64,000 nucleotides of DNA, taken from positions 4,864,001 to 4,928,000 of the forward strand of contig OZ242005.1 in assembly GCA_965204725.1 (NCBI GenBank), written 5' to 3'. Shown here piece after piece: positions 1 through 10,067 of the stretch. Under the pieces are notes generated by a model. The model did not search any database. It had not been told where the DNA came from and saw only the letters and a program-made list of their open reading frames with translations. This DNA comes from Candidatus Latescibacterota bacterium (GTDB lineage: Bacteria > Latescibacterota > UBA2968 > UBA8231). Numbering within the stretch: the stretch's first letter is position 1; each line of letters begins with the position of its first letter. The position numbers and the translations under genes are program-made.

Positions 1-203
1 GAACTTGACGTGGTATATGGCGGTGTGGAGAATAGCTGTGTGTCGGTTGGGGCCGAAACAATCACCGAAAGGGGCTTGACATGATCACGCAACAGAAGGT
101 ATGGAACAGCCGGAAATGTTGCGCTGGGACTAGACATGCCATAGAGGAGTCTAAATTTATTTTTACCTTAAACTAACGGCTTTTCTGCTTTCTTTCCCTT
201 CTC

Positions 204-1118
204 ATGCCCTTTCGTCGAGCCTCCGCCCCCACGCCAACCTGCTACCGCGACCGCCGAACCGGGGCGATAGTCGAAGAGCGCGTTCCGGGGGAGTCGCTCC
301 TCCGCTGGTTCTACGGCACGAGCACGGGGCATCTTGTTTTTCGCGCTGTCCTCAACCGGCCCCTTTGCTCTCGCCTCTATGGCTGGTGGCAGCAAAGCCC
401 TTGGACCCGGCGTCAAATCCGCCGCTTTGTCGAGCACTACCGCATTGACCTCGACGAAATCGAACATCCTCTCAGCCACTATTCGAGCTTCAACGACTTT
501 TTCATTCGCCGCCTCAAGCCCGGCGCTAGGCCCTGCGACCCCGACCCCAAGCGCCTGTGTTGCCCAGCCGATGGCAAGGTTCTCGTCTATCCGCAGCTCG
601 CAGCCGAGGAGGGGTTGCCGGTCAAAAGCAGCCAACTCTCAGCCTGTGCGCTCCTAGCCGCAGCAATCGATCCCACCCCGTATCGCGGCGGTTCCGCCCT
701 CGTCGTGCGTCTCGCCCCCTACGACTATCACCGCTTCCACTTTCCAGCCGACGGCCAAGTCAGTCAGACGCAGTGGATCGACGGCACTTACCACTCGGTC
801 AATCCAATCGCCCTCGCCCGCGTACCCGATGTTTTCCACCGCAACCGGCGCTCGGTCTGCGAGCTGGCGACGCCCGCCTTCGGCAGGATTGCCTATATCG
901 AGGTCGGGGCCATCAACGTCGCCAGCATCGTCCAGACGCATTCGATAGGGCCTTGTGAGCGCGGCCAAGAAAAGGGCTTTTTCCAGTTCGGCGGCTCGAC
1001 CGTGGTGCTGCTTTTTGAGCCGGGGGCGATTGCCTTTGACAGCGACCTAGTGGCCGACTCCGCGGCTGGCCTAGAGGTACACGTCCGCACCGGGGCCGGC
1101 GTCGGGGACCGCGCTTGA
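204..1118 (+). CDS. psd: Phosphatidylserine decarboxylase proenzyme
   Basis: FNDFFIRRLKPGARP, PADGK, RLAPYDYHRFHFP and the autocleavage motif FQFGGST near the C-terminus. Confidence 0.92.
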   Translation: MPFRRASAPTPTCYRDRRTGAIVEERVPGESLLRWFYGTSTGHLVFRAVLNRPLCSRLYGWWQQSPWTRRQIRRFVEHYRIDLDEIEHPLSHYSSFNDFFIRRLKPGARPCDPDPKRLCCPADGKVLVYPQLAAEEGLPVKSSQLSACALLAAAIDPTPYRGGSALVVRLAPYDYHRFHFPADGQVSQTQWIDGTYHSVNPIALARVPDVFHRNRRSVCELATPAFGRIAYIEVGAINVASIVQTHSIGPCERGQEKGFFQFGGSTVVLLFEPGAIAFDSDLVADSAAGLEVHVRTGAGVGDRA

Positions 1119-1180
1119 CCCGCTCCGGGCGCTTAAGCAAATTTCCCGCCCTTCAACCCCTTACCTTCTGGAGGCTACTT

Positions 1181-2161
1181 ATGTCCCTGCAAATGCGCGT
1201 GGGCTTGGGCCAGTTCAACGAACTCACCGACGAGAAACTCGCCTTTATCAAGCAGATGGGCTGCGACGATTTCCTGATGAATACCCCCAAACTCCCCGGC
1301 GATAAGCAGTGGGAATACAGCGACTTGGCCGCCCTCAAAAAGCGGGCTGACGACGCCGAGCTGCGCCTAATGGCACTGGAAAACGTCCCCACATCGTTTT
1401 ACGACAAAATCATGCTCGGCCAAGCCGGGCGCGAAGAACAGCTCCAGTTTATGATCAACACCGTGCGGAATATGGGCCGGGCTGGCATCCCGATCCTCGG
1501 CTACCACTGGATTCCCAACAGCGTCTGGCGCACGCCCGAGCCAGCGACCTTGCGCGGCGGCGCCCGCGCCACTCGCTTTACCCTCGCCGAACACGACCCC
1601 GAGGAACGGACTCACGGCCGCGTCTTCACCCACGAGGAGATGTGGGAAAACTACTGCTGGTATTTGGAGCGCGTCCTGCCCGTCGCCGAGGAAGCCAATG
1701 TGCGCCTAGCCCTGCACCCGGACGACCCACCCACCGGCACGACTCTCGGCGGTATAGCGCGGATATGCAGCTCTTTCGACGACTTCAAGCGCAACATGGA
1801 CACCTTCAACAGCCCGCATCACGGCCTCGACTTCTGCATGGGGTGCTGGTCGGAGATGGGCGGCCACGACAACGTCATCCGCGCCATCCGCTACTTCGGC
1901 GGCCAAAAGAAGATCATCTACATCCACTTTCGCGACGTCATCGGGTCGGTAGAAGACTTCCACGAGACCTTCATCGACTGCGGCCAAGTCGATACCTTTG
2001 AGGTCGTCAAGACGCTCAAGGCAGTCGGTTTCAACGGCTTTATGATCACGGATCACGTGCCTCATGTTGTCGATGACTCGCCTTGGGGGCACCGGGGACG
2101 CGCCCATTGCGTGGGCTTCATGCAGGCCCTCATCCAAGTGGTCAACAAGCTCGGCGCGTGA
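1181..2161 (+). CDS. uxuA: Mannonate dehydratase family protein
   Basis: LPVAEEANVRLALHPDDPP, FCMGCW, IHFRDV and DHVP motifs; start moved to ATG 1181 after a GGAGG RBS. Confidence 0.85.
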   Translation: MSLQMRVGLGQFNELTDEKLAFIKQMGCDDFLMNTPKLPGDKQWEYSDLAALKKRADDAELRLMALENVPTSFYDKIMLGQAGREEQLQFMINTVRNMGRAGIPILGYHWIPNSVWRTPEPATLRGGARATRFTLAEHDPEERTHGRVFTHEEMWENYCWYLERVLPVAEEANVRLALHPDDPPTGTTLGGIARICSSFDDFKRNMDTFNSPHHGLDFCMGCWSEMGGHDNVIRAIRYFGGQKKIIYIHFRDVIGSVEDFHETFIDCGQVDTFEVVKTLKAVGFNGFMITDHVPHVVDDSPWGHRGRAHCVGFMQALIQVVNKLGA

Positions 2162-2203
2162 CCCAAATCGCCACGGCGCGACCGCTGTACCCCGCTGCGT
2201 CCG

Positions 2204-2250
2204 GGATCGAGGGCGTCCCGCCCTCGACGAGGGCAAGATGCCCTCGATCC
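2204..2250. repeat. REP-like double palindrome
   Basis: GAGGGCGTCCCGCCCTC and GAGGGCAAGATGCCCTC inside an outer GGATCGAGGGC/GCCCTCGATCC inverted repeat; intergenic. Confidence 0.6.
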
Positions 2251-2300
2251 TTGGGAGGCTGGTGTCTGGTGTCGTGTAATAAAAAGCCACCCTTTCACCA

Positions 2301-3218
2301 ATGAACGCCAACCGACCAGCCGGTGCCAGCGGCGATCTCCTGCTCCTGCTCACGGCCTTGATCTGGGGCTTCGCCTTCGTCGCCCAACGCGCCGGCATGG
2401 AGCACGTCGGCCCCTTCTTTTTTAATGGCGTGCGCTTTGCCCTCGGCTGCTTGCCGCTGTTGCCCTTTGTCCTGCGAACCACCACCGCGCCGCTCGCATC
2501 CCGCTTCCGGCGCGCCGTCCCGGGCGGCCTGCTCGCCGGGCTTTTCCTGTTTGTCGCCGCTTCCCTGCAACAGGTCGGCATCGTCTCGACTACGGCCGGC
2601 AAGGCCGGGTTCATCACCGGGCTATACGTAATTCTGGTGCCGATTCTCGCCCTGTTGCTGCGGCATCGCAGCCGCAGCAGCACTTGGACCGGCGCGCTGG
2701 TGGCGACCGCCGGCCTGTACCTGCTGAGCGTGGAGCCGCCACTGGCCATTGCCCGCGGCGACGCGCTCGTGCTCGTCAGCGCGTTCTTTTGGGCCGGGCA
2801 CGTGCTGGTCATCGGCAACCTTTCGCGTCGGCTCGATTGGGCGATGCTGGCCTTTTTGCAGTTCCTCGTCTGCGCGCTCCTCAGCACGGCCCTCGCCCTC
2901 GGCACCGAGCCTATCGCCCTGCAACCGCTTGTCCAAGCGGCCGTACCCGTATTTTACGGGGGCGTCTTGTCGGTGGGGGTGGCCTATACCCTACAGGTAG
3001 TGGCTCAGCGGCGAGCGGCCCCCGGCCACGCAGCCATCATCCTCAGCCTAGAGACGGTTTTCGCCGCGTTGGGAGGGTGGCTTTTGCTGGACGAGGAAAT
3101 GCCCTTGCGCGGGCTGGCCGGGTGTGGGCTGATGTTGGCGGGGATGCTGATCTCGCAGGTGGGATTGGGGCGGCGGGCCAAAACGCAGCGGCTTACCGCG
3201 ACCGACCCGCCCCGGTGA
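2301..3218 (+). CDS. DMT/EamA family transporter
   Basis: About 10 TM segments; IWGFAFVAQ, TTAGKAGFITGLYV and AAIILSLETVFAAL motifs. Confidence 0.9.
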   Translation: MNANRPAGASGDLLLLLTALIWGFAFVAQRAGMEHVGPFFFNGVRFALGCLPLLPFVLRTTTAPLASRFRRAVPGGLLAGLFLFVAASLQQVGIVSTTAGKAGFITGLYVILVPILALLLRHRSRSSTWTGALVATAGLYLLSVEPPLAIARGDALVLVSAFFWAGHVLVIGNLSRRLDWAMLAFLQFLVCALLSTALALGTEPIALQPLVQAAVPVFYGGVLSVGVAYTLQVVAQRRAAPGHAAIILSLETVFAALGGWLLLDEEMPLRGLAGCGLMLAGMLISQVGLGRRAKTQRLTATDPPR

Positions 3219-3296
3219 TAGCTTGCTCCCCCAACCCCCTTCTCCTACCTTCCCCAAGCCGTTGCCCCCCTACGCCCCTGTCGAGGGATTACCATC

Positions 3297-4508
3297 ATGG
3301 TCGACCGCCCCAAAATCGCCGCTATCAGCACCATTTTCCACAAATACTCCCACACCCAGCACATCGTCGATCGCTTCTTGGAAGGCTACGGCTGGAACGG
3401 CCGCCACCACCGGCCGGCGATGGACTTGGTCTCGCTCTACGTCGATCAGGTCGACCCCGACCCGGAGGCCGACCGCCCCGACCTGAGCCGCGACCGCCAA
3501 GCGCGCTTTCCGCAGCTAACGATCTATCCGACCGTGGCCGACGCCCTGACGCTGGGCGGCTCAACCCTCGCCGTGGATGGCGTCCTGCTCATCGGCGAGC
3601 ACGGCCGCTACGGCCACAATGAAAAGGGCCAGCACCTCTACCCGCGCTACGAGCTGTTCAAACAAATCGCCTCGGTCTATCGCACGACCGGCAAGAGCGC
3701 GCCCGTGTTCAACGACAAGCATCTTTCTTGGAACTGGGACTGGTGCCAAGCGATGTACGATGTTGCGCAAGAGCTCGATTTCGCCTTTATGGCCGGTTCT
3801 TCGCTGCCCGTTACTTGGCGCACCCCGTCGCTCGACATGCCCCTCGGGGCCGAGGTTGAAGAAGCCGTCTGCGTCTGCTATGGCGGCGTTGATAGCTACG
3901 ACTTCCACGGCTTGGAGACCGTACAGTGCATGGTCGAGCGCAGAAAGGGCGGCGAGACGGGCGTCAACCGGCTCCGGGCCTTTCGCGACGACCACTTCTG
4001 GCAGGCCCACGCCCAAGGGATGTGGTCGCCGGCGCTCTTTGCCGCCTGCCTGTGCCGCAGCCACACGCTCGCGCCAGCGAGGCCCGGGTTCAACAACCCC
4101 TTCCCCACCATCGACGAACTCAAGCACCTAGTCAAAAGCCCGGTCGCCTACCAGTACGAGCACGCCGATGGCCTCCGCTCGACCATGATCTTGATGAACG
4201 GACTCGTCGAAGATTTCAACTTCGCCGCTCGGCTCAATGGACGGGCCGAGCCGCTCTCGACGCAGATGTACTTGCCCATGCCCCCGGCCCGCACCACGCT
4301 GGCCAACTTCTTCAGCCCGCTGGTCAACAACATTGAGCGGATGTTCCTGACCGGCCAAGCCTCCTATCCGGTTGAACGCACCCTGCTCACTTCGGGCTTG
4401 GTCATCGCCGGCGTCGATAGCCTCCACCAAGGCCAAGCCGCAGTCGAGACGCCCCATCTAAACATCGCCTACCAACCCACCGCAGAATCTACCTTCTGGA
4501 GAACGTAG
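3297..4508 (+). CDS. Conserved hypothetical protein, Rossmann/Gfo-Idh-MocA-like (paralog 1)
   Basis: Long ORF with host-like codon use; VDGVLLIGEHGxY, PVFNDKHLS and AGSSLPVTWR shared with the next gene. Confidence 0.7.
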   Translation: MVDRPKIAAISTIFHKYSHTQHIVDRFLEGYGWNGRHHRPAMDLVSLYVDQVDPDPEADRPDLSRDRQARFPQLTIYPTVADALTLGGSTLAVDGVLLIGEHGRYGHNEKGQHLYPRYELFKQIASVYRTTGKSAPVFNDKHLSWNWDWCQAMYDVAQELDFAFMAGSSLPVTWRTPSLDMPLGAEVEEAVCVCYGGVDSYDFHGLETVQCMVERRKGGETGVNRLRAFRDDHFWQAHAQGMWSPALFAACLCRSHTLAPARPGFNNPFPTIDELKHLVKSPVAYQYEHADGLRSTMILMNGLVEDFNFAARLNGRAEPLSTQMYLPMPPARTTLANFFSPLVNNIERMFLTGQASYPVERTLLTSGLVIAGVDSLHQGQAAVETPHLNIAYQPTAESTFWRT

Positions 4509-4534
4509 CCTCTTTCCTTGGAGCCTTCCCACTC

Positions 4535-5716
4535 ATGGCCACCAAACGCATCGCCGTCATCGCCACCATCTATCGCTATCTCTCGCACGCCCAGCACTTT
4601 GCCGACCGCTTCTTAGTCGGCTATCCCTACGGCGGTCGCTGGCAGCGCCCCGACTGCAAGATCGTCTCGCTCTACGTCGATCAGCAGCCCGAAGGCGACC
4701 AAAGCCAAGACCGGGCGCGCGAGTTCGGCTTTGCCGTGTACCCCACCATTGCCCAAGCCCTGCGCTGCGGCGGCGACGAACTCGCTTGCGACGCCGTCCT
4801 GATCATCGGCGAGCACGGCGAGTACCCCAACAACGAAAAGGGGCAAAAGCTCTACCCGCGCTACGAGTTTTTCAAAGAATGCGTCCAAGTCTTTGAAGAA
4901 GACGGCCGCACCGCGCCCATCTACAACGACAAGCACCTCTCATACAGCTTCGACAAGGCACGCGAGATGGTCGCCGATGGCCACCGGCTCGGCTTCCCAA
5001 TTTTGGCCGGTTCCTCGCTGCCCGTAACTTGGCGTCTGCCCGATGTCGAGTTGCCTTTGGGCTGCCAGATCGAAGAGGCCCTAATGATCGGCTGCGGCGG
5101 CTCCGACCCGATGGACTACCACGCCCTAGAGGCCATGCAGTGCATGATCGAGCGCCGCTCCGGCGGCGAGACCGGGATCCGAGCCGTTCAACTGATCGAA
5201 GGAGACGACGTGTGGAAAGCGGGCGAGGAGGGGCGTTATTCGTTGGAATTGCTCGAAGCCGCCCTCTCGCGCAGCGACACCCCGTGCGGCAAAACCGACG
5301 AGGACGGCCGCACCCAAGACTTGCTGGGCAACGGCGAGTTGCCGCGGCTCGTCAAGGAGCCAGCCGCGTACTTCATCGAGCACAACGACGGCCTCAAGAC
5401 GACCCTGCTGATGCTCAACGGCGCCATCCGCGACTACTGCTTCGCCGGCAAGCTGGCGGGCGAAGACGCGCCCATCTCGACCCAGTTTTTCTTGCCGCCG
5501 ACGCCCAACGTCACCTACTCGGCCTGTCTGGTCGCCAAGATATGGGAAATGATCGAGACCGGCCGCGCACCCTTTCCCGCCGAGCGCACCCTAATCGTCA
5601 GCGGCGCGCTCGAAAGCTGCCTGACCTCCAAGGTGGAGGGGCACAAGCGGCTCGAAACGCCTCATCTCAAGGTAGAGTACCAAGCGCCTGCCGAGTCGCA
5701 TCACGGCCGCTTTTAG
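4535..5716 (+). CDS. Conserved hypothetical protein, Rossmann/Gfo-Idh-MocA-like (paralog 2)
   Basis: Collinear paralog of 3297-4508 (DAVLIIGEHGEY, NDKHLS, AGSSLPVTWR, ETPHL). Confidence 0.7.
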   Translation: MATKRIAVIATIYRYLSHAQHFADRFLVGYPYGGRWQRPDCKIVSLYVDQQPEGDQSQDRAREFGFAVYPTIAQALRCGGDELACDAVLIIGEHGEYPNNEKGQKLYPRYEFFKECVQVFEEDGRTAPIYNDKHLSYSFDKAREMVADGHRLGFPILAGSSLPVTWRLPDVELPLGCQIEEALMIGCGGSDPMDYHALEAMQCMIERRSGGETGIRAVQLIEGDDVWKAGEEGRYSLELLEAALSRSDTPCGKTDEDGRTQDLLGNGELPRLVKEPAAYFIEHNDGLKTTLLMLNGAIRDYCFAGKLAGEDAPISTQFFLPPTPNVTYSACLVAKIWEMIETGRAPFPAERTLIVSGALESCLTSKVEGHKRLETPHLKVEYQAPAESHHGRF

Positions 5717-5760
5717 TTGGAGCACATACAACGACACACCTGCAAATGAAAGGAAGCATC

Positions 5761-6783
5761 ATGCCTACCATCCCCACGCGCTCTTTGCGCACCGGCGTTG
5801 AGTTGAGCACCCTCGGCTTTGGCGGTGCCCCTTTGGGCGAGCTTTTCGATCCGGTCAGCGAAACCCAAGCCCAAGACACCCTGCAAGCGGCTTGGGACGC
5901 CGGTATCCGCTACTACGACACCGCCCCGTTTTACGGCTATGGCAAAAGCGAGCACCGCCTCGGCCACTTTCTCCGCCAGCAGGAGCGCGGCGACTTCGTG
6001 CTCTCGACCAAGGTCGGCCGAGTGCTCACCGCCACCCGCAATCTCCATTCTTTCGAGCAGGGCTTCTGGATCGGCGGCCTGCCCTTTGACTTCCGCTTCG
6101 ACTACGGGTACGATGGCATCATGCGCTCGTGGGAAGACAGCTTGCAGCGGCTGAGCCTCAACTCCATTGACCTGCTGTTGATCCACGACCTCGACAGCTT
6201 CTTCCACGACAGCGAGCAGCGCTTCTCCGCCCACCTCAACCGCCTGATCACCAGCGGCTGGCGCGCCCTCGACGAGCTGCGCTCCCACGGGCTGATCAAG
6301 GCCGTTGGTGCTGGCCTCAACCGCATGGGGGCCATGCCGCGCCTGCTCGACGGGGTGGACCTCGACTTCTGCATCGTCGCCATGCCCTATACGCTCTTGG
6401 ACCAAGACTCTCTCGACGAGGAGTTTCCCCTCTGCGAGGAGCGCGACGTGCGCATCGTCATCGGCGCGGTTTTCGCTTCCGGCATCCTCGCCTCCGGCCC
6501 GGTCGAGGGTGCTCGCTACGCCTACGACACTGCGTCGCCCGAAATCCTCGCCAAGACTCGCCGCATCCAAGCCGTCTGCCAGCGGCACGATGTCCCCTTG
6601 CCGGCCGCGGCCATGCAGTTCCCGCTCGGGCACCCCCTCGTCGCGGCCATCATCCCCGGTGCCCTCGTCCCGGCGCATGTCGAGACCAATGCCCAGTGGT
6701 TTAAGCACACCATACCAACCGATCTGTGGGCCGAGCTAAAGGCCGAGGGATTGTTGCGGGCAGATGCCCCGACGCCGAACTAA
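5761..6783 (+). CDS. Aldo/keto reductase (D-threo-aldose dehydrogenase-like)
   Basis: LGFGGAPLG, YYDTAPFYGYGKSE, STKVGR and IDLLLIHD; start at ATG 5761 after AAGGAAG. Confidence 0.88.
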   Translation: MPTIPTRSLRTGVELSTLGFGGAPLGELFDPVSETQAQDTLQAAWDAGIRYYDTAPFYGYGKSEHRLGHFLRQQERGDFVLSTKVGRVLTATRNLHSFEQGFWIGGLPFDFRFDYGYDGIMRSWEDSLQRLSLNSIDLLLIHDLDSFFHDSEQRFSAHLNRLITSGWRALDELRSHGLIKAVGAGLNRMGAMPRLLDGVDLDFCIVAMPYTLLDQDSLDEEFPLCEERDVRIVIGAVFASGILASGPVEGARYAYDTASPEILAKTRRIQAVCQRHDVPLPAAAMQFPLGHPLVAAIIPGALVPAHVETNAQWFKHTIPTDLWAELKAEGLLRADAPTPN

Positions 6784-6793
6784 GAGGTTGAGC

Positions 6794-9700
6794 ATGAACC
6801 ATAAGCAGGTATTTGATCACATCCTCGGGCGGCACTACACGAACTTCGACGGGCTGGCCGGGATGCACGTGGAAGACATCTACCAAGACCGCCGCGGCCT
6901 GCTCTGGATCGCCACGGCCGACGGCGGCGTGGGCCGGTTCGACGGAGCGAATTTCGACATCTTTAGCCTCTCGAGAGGGGTTCCCCATATCACGGTAATG
7001 ACGATTGCTGAGGACCCAGACGGGCGAATGCTCTTCGGCACTCTCGGCGGCGGGCTAGCCGTATATGACGGGCAGGGGTTTCAGGTGCATACCACCGAGC
7101 ACGGGCTGCCGTCCAATGAGATCATGAGCCTGCAACCCCAAGCCGATGGCTCAATGCGGATGCTGACCGGCGCGGGGATAGGCCGGTTCGTCGATGGCCA
7201 GTGCGTAGAGTGCGTGACAGAAATTGCGGGGCAGCCGCTAGGCCCGGTGTACGACATGGCGACCGACGCGGCCGGTACGACGTGGTTGGCGACGCGGGAG
7301 CGCGGGGTTCTCAGCCTAGAGGGCCAGCCCCTGAGTGGGGACTTAGGCACGGGAAGCGGCGCGATGCAGTGGCCGTGGAAATTCGCCCAAGGCCCCTCCG
7401 GCCCTCTGTGGATCGCCTTTCGCTACACCGGTCGCAAACCCATTATCGGCTGCTATGATCCAGCGAGCAACCAGCTCGAACTCGTCGAGGTGGATGACCC
7501 AGCCGAGGAAGCCGAGATCGTCTGGCACGGTACGCGGCACGTGCGCGTCGATGATAGAGGCTTGCTGTGGATGACCTGCCGGGGCGTCTTGGTGTACGAC
7601 GGACGGGCTTGGCATCCATTCGCCACCGAGTTGCCGGATAGCCATTTTTCGGCGACGCGACTGACGTATGAAGACCGCGAGGGGAACATCTGGTTGGGGC
7701 TGTGGGGCGGCGGGCTGGTTTTTTGCGATCCGGTCAGCGTCCAGCTATACACCCAAGCCGATGGCCTGCCCGACAGCGAGGTCCAGTGTCTGAGCGAAGA
7801 CCGCGAAGGTCGGCTGTGGATCGGTACGATGGGGGGCTTGGCCTGCCGCCAAGACGACCGGATTCGCCCGGTAGATCCAAGGCGGGAGGTCTCAACGCTG
7901 GTGATTGACCAACAGGGGCAAGTCTGGAGCACAGGACCTGAGGGAGACATATTCAAGGCGACGGGTGGAGAGGCCGAGGCGATTGAGGGGGCCGAGACGA
8001 CCCTCACGGAAGGAATCGCGGGGCTGTGGGAAGACCAAGCAGGACGCCTAAACGTCTGCACTTCCGAGGGGCGATTGGGGCGGATCGAACAAGGTCGCTT
8101 TACGCCACTTGCGGAGCGGTTTCCCCGCGGTTGCACGGTCGTGTTACAGGATGGAGCAGGGACCCTCTGGGTCGGCCTCAGTAGGAAAGAGTCCGCGCTA
8201 TGCTATTATGAGGATGGTCGTTTCCACACGCCGACGGTGGCCGGCGTGAAAGACATCGGGAGTGTGAGTGCTTTGTGCGAGCACCAAGGCGCACTCTGGA
8301 TCGGGACGGAAAACTATGGCCTGTTCGCCTTGGACTACGCTTCCGAGGAGATCCGCCGGTTTACGGTGGATCAGGGGGGGCTGTCGGTCAATGGGATCTC
8401 GGCTCTGATGAGCGATCCGCAAGGCGATCTGTGGATTGGGACCAGCGGTGGGGGCGTCCTGAAGTACGACGGCCGGACCTTCCATACCATTCGGCTGGGA
8501 CAGGGCGCGTTGGAAAACATCGTCGAGGCCATTGTGCGCGACAGCCGGGGCCGGCTGTGGTTTGGGACGCGCAGGGGTCTCATTGCGTATCGGCCCGGGG
8601 AGACGCCGCCGCGCATCCTAATCCGCCAAGTCGTGGCCGGCCGAACTTGGGACGACCCCCAAGCCGTGTCCTGCCCAGACAGCACCCCCGAGATTCAGTT
8701 TCACTTCCAAGGCATCAGTTTCAGGAGTGGGGCCGGGCAGATGCGCTACAGCCACCGGCTCGTCGGCCCCGGCCGGGCCGAAGAGTGGAGCGCGTTCACG
8801 CCCGCCAATAAGGCGACGTACCGAGACGTGCCGGCCGGCCAGTTCCACTTTGAGGTGCGGACCACCGATCGGGATGGCTTGCTATCGGACATCGCCCGCC
8901 TAGAGGTTCGAGTGACCCCCTCTCCCCAGCGGCACATAGAGCACATGCTGCGGGCCTCGCATCAGGGTTTTATCAGCCAAAGTCCGGCCATGGCCGAGGT
9001 TCTCGAACGGGTCGACTCAATGGCCGAGGCGGACCTGCCGGTGCTGGTGCTGGGCGAGACCGGGGTTGGCAAGGGGGTGTTGGCGCGGCTTATCCACGAC
9101 CTTAGTCCGCGCCGAGCGAAACCCTTTATAGCGGTCAATTCCGGGGGCTTGTCCACCGGGGTGATACACAGCGAACTGTTTGGCCACGAAAAGGGGTCCT
9201 TTACCGACGCGCATGCCCAAAGAATCGGCTATTTTGAACGGGCTGATGGCGGCACCTTGTTCCTCGACGAGATAGGCGATTTGTCCGTAGAGTCCCAACA
9301 GCTCTTGCTCCACATCTTAGAGGATAAGAACCTGATGCGCCTCGGCGGCGGAAAGCCGATCCCGATAGATGTGCGGATTGTTGCTGCGACCAACAAGGAC
9401 CTCGAAGAGGCCATTCAGGCGGGCGTGTTCCGGGATGATCTGCTCTATCGGCTGAGGACATTATCAGTATTAGTACCGCCGCTGCGGGAGCGTCGGGAGG
9501 ATATCCCGCTCTTGGCGGCGTATTTTGCGAACCAGTGTGCCCAAACCCTAAAGCGGCCGGTGCCGACCTTAAGCGACGAAGTACTCGCGCACTTGCAGGA
9601 ATATCCTTGGCCGGGGAATGTGCGCGAATTGGCGCATCTGATACAGCAGGCGGTGGTGCTGGGCAAAGGGGATGTCATGCGGATAGAGGATGTACCGCTG

Positions 9701-9949
9701 ATGGCGGCCCCACCTGTTGAACAAGGCTCCGACGAGGGCACTGACGATGACGCCAAAAAGTGGGGATTCTTCGACGAGGATGCTAGAAATGAAGCCGAAA
9801 AGCAGCGAATTCTGAAGGCTCTCCAAACCACGAACTGGCGGGTCTCTGGCCCGCGGGGGGCGGCTCAGTTGTTGGAGATAAGCCCGGAGAAGCTGCGCTA
9901 TCGCATGCGTAAGTACGGGTTGAAACGGCCCGGGAAGGCGTCGCAGTAA
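6794..9949 (+). CDS. Sigma54-dependent activator: N-terminal Reg_prop beta-propeller and Y_Y_Y-like Ig domain, AAA+ domain, Fis-type HTH
   Basis: Repeated DxxGxLWIGT motifs; Walker A GETGVGK, ELFGHEKGSFTDA (GAFTGA variant), Walker B LFLDEIG, FRDDLLYRL, WPGNVREL; C-terminal NWRVSGPRGAAQLL..LRYRMRKYG. Confidence 0.92.
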   Translation: MNHKQVFDHILGRHYTNFDGLAGMHVEDIYQDRRGLLWIATADGGVGRFDGANFDIFSLSRGVPHITVMTIAEDPDGRMLFGTLGGGLAVYDGQGFQVHTTEHGLPSNEIMSLQPQADGSMRMLTGAGIGRFVDGQCVECVTEIAGQPLGPVYDMATDAAGTTWLATRERGVLSLEGQPLSGDLGTGSGAMQWPWKFAQGPSGPLWIAFRYTGRKPIIGCYDPASNQLELVEVDDPAEEAEIVWHGTRHVRVDDRGLLWMTCRGVLVYDGRAWHPFATELPDSHFSATRLTYEDREGNIWLGLWGGGLVFCDPVSVQLYTQADGLPDSEVQCLSEDREGRLWIGTMGGLACRQDDRIRPVDPRREVSTLVIDQQGQVWSTGPEGDIFKATGGEAEAIEGAETTLTEGIAGLWEDQAGRLNVCTSEGRLGRIEQGRFTPLAERFPRGCTVVLQDGAGTLWVGLSRKESALCYYEDGRFHTPTVAGVKDIGSVSALCEHQGALWIGTENYGLFALDYASEEIRRFTVDQGGLSVNGISALMSDPQGDLWIGTSGGGVLKYDGRTFHTIRLGQGALENIVEAIVRDSRGRLWFGTRRGLIAYRPGETPPRILIRQVVAGRTWDDPQAVSCPDSTPEIQFHFQGISFRSGAGQMRYSHRLVGPGRAEEWSAFTPANKATYRDVPAGQFHFEVRTTDRDGLLSDIARLEVRVTPSPQRHIEHMLRASHQGFISQSPAMAEVLERVDSMAEADLPVLVLGETGVGKGVLARLIHDLSPRRAKPFIAVNSGGLSTGVIHSELFGHEKGSFTDAHAQRIGYFERADGGTLFLDEIGDLSVESQQLLLHILEDKNLMRLGGGKPIPIDVRIVAATNKDLEEAIQAGVFRDDLLYRLRTLSVLVPPLRERREDIPLLAAYFANQCAQTLKRPVPTLSDEVLAHLQEYPWPGNVRELAHLIQQAVVLGKGDVMRIEDVPLMAAPPVEQGSDEGTDDDAKKWGFFDEDARNEAEKQRILKALQTTNWRVSGPRGAAQLLEISPEKLRYRMRKYGLKRPGKASQ

Positions 9950-9951
9950 GG

Positions 9952-10007
9952 CTGGCTTCCCGCCCCGTGTCGGGGCACGGGGGGACGGTCTGGCTCGGGA
10001 AGGACGG
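9952..10007. repeat. REP-like element, long form
   Basis: CTGGcTTCCCGC-CCCGTGTCGGGGCACGGGG-...-CGGGAAgGAC; related copies at 21048, 40037, 54021 and 59720. Confidence 0.6.
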
Positions 10008-10067
10008 AGACCGGCTCTACGGCTTGTTCAACACGCCCCAATTTTCAGATCGCTTCTTAGAGGACGC

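Noticed and set aside
1-203. Possible gene or ncRNA at the window start
   Set aside because: No ORF or RNA structure I can support.
1706-2905. Long antisense and alternate-frame ORFs (also 2684-3622, 5713-6708, 29459-30364, 38697-39695, 54534-56546)
   Set aside because: They are shadows of well-supported genes in GC-rich DNA and have no motifs of their own.
5029-5760. N-terminal extensions in the ORF track (5029, 44330, 59671, 60945, 62408)
   Set aside because: They overlap upstream genes, REPs or intergenic DNA and are mostly Arg/Pro-rich noise; downstream ATGs fit family starts.
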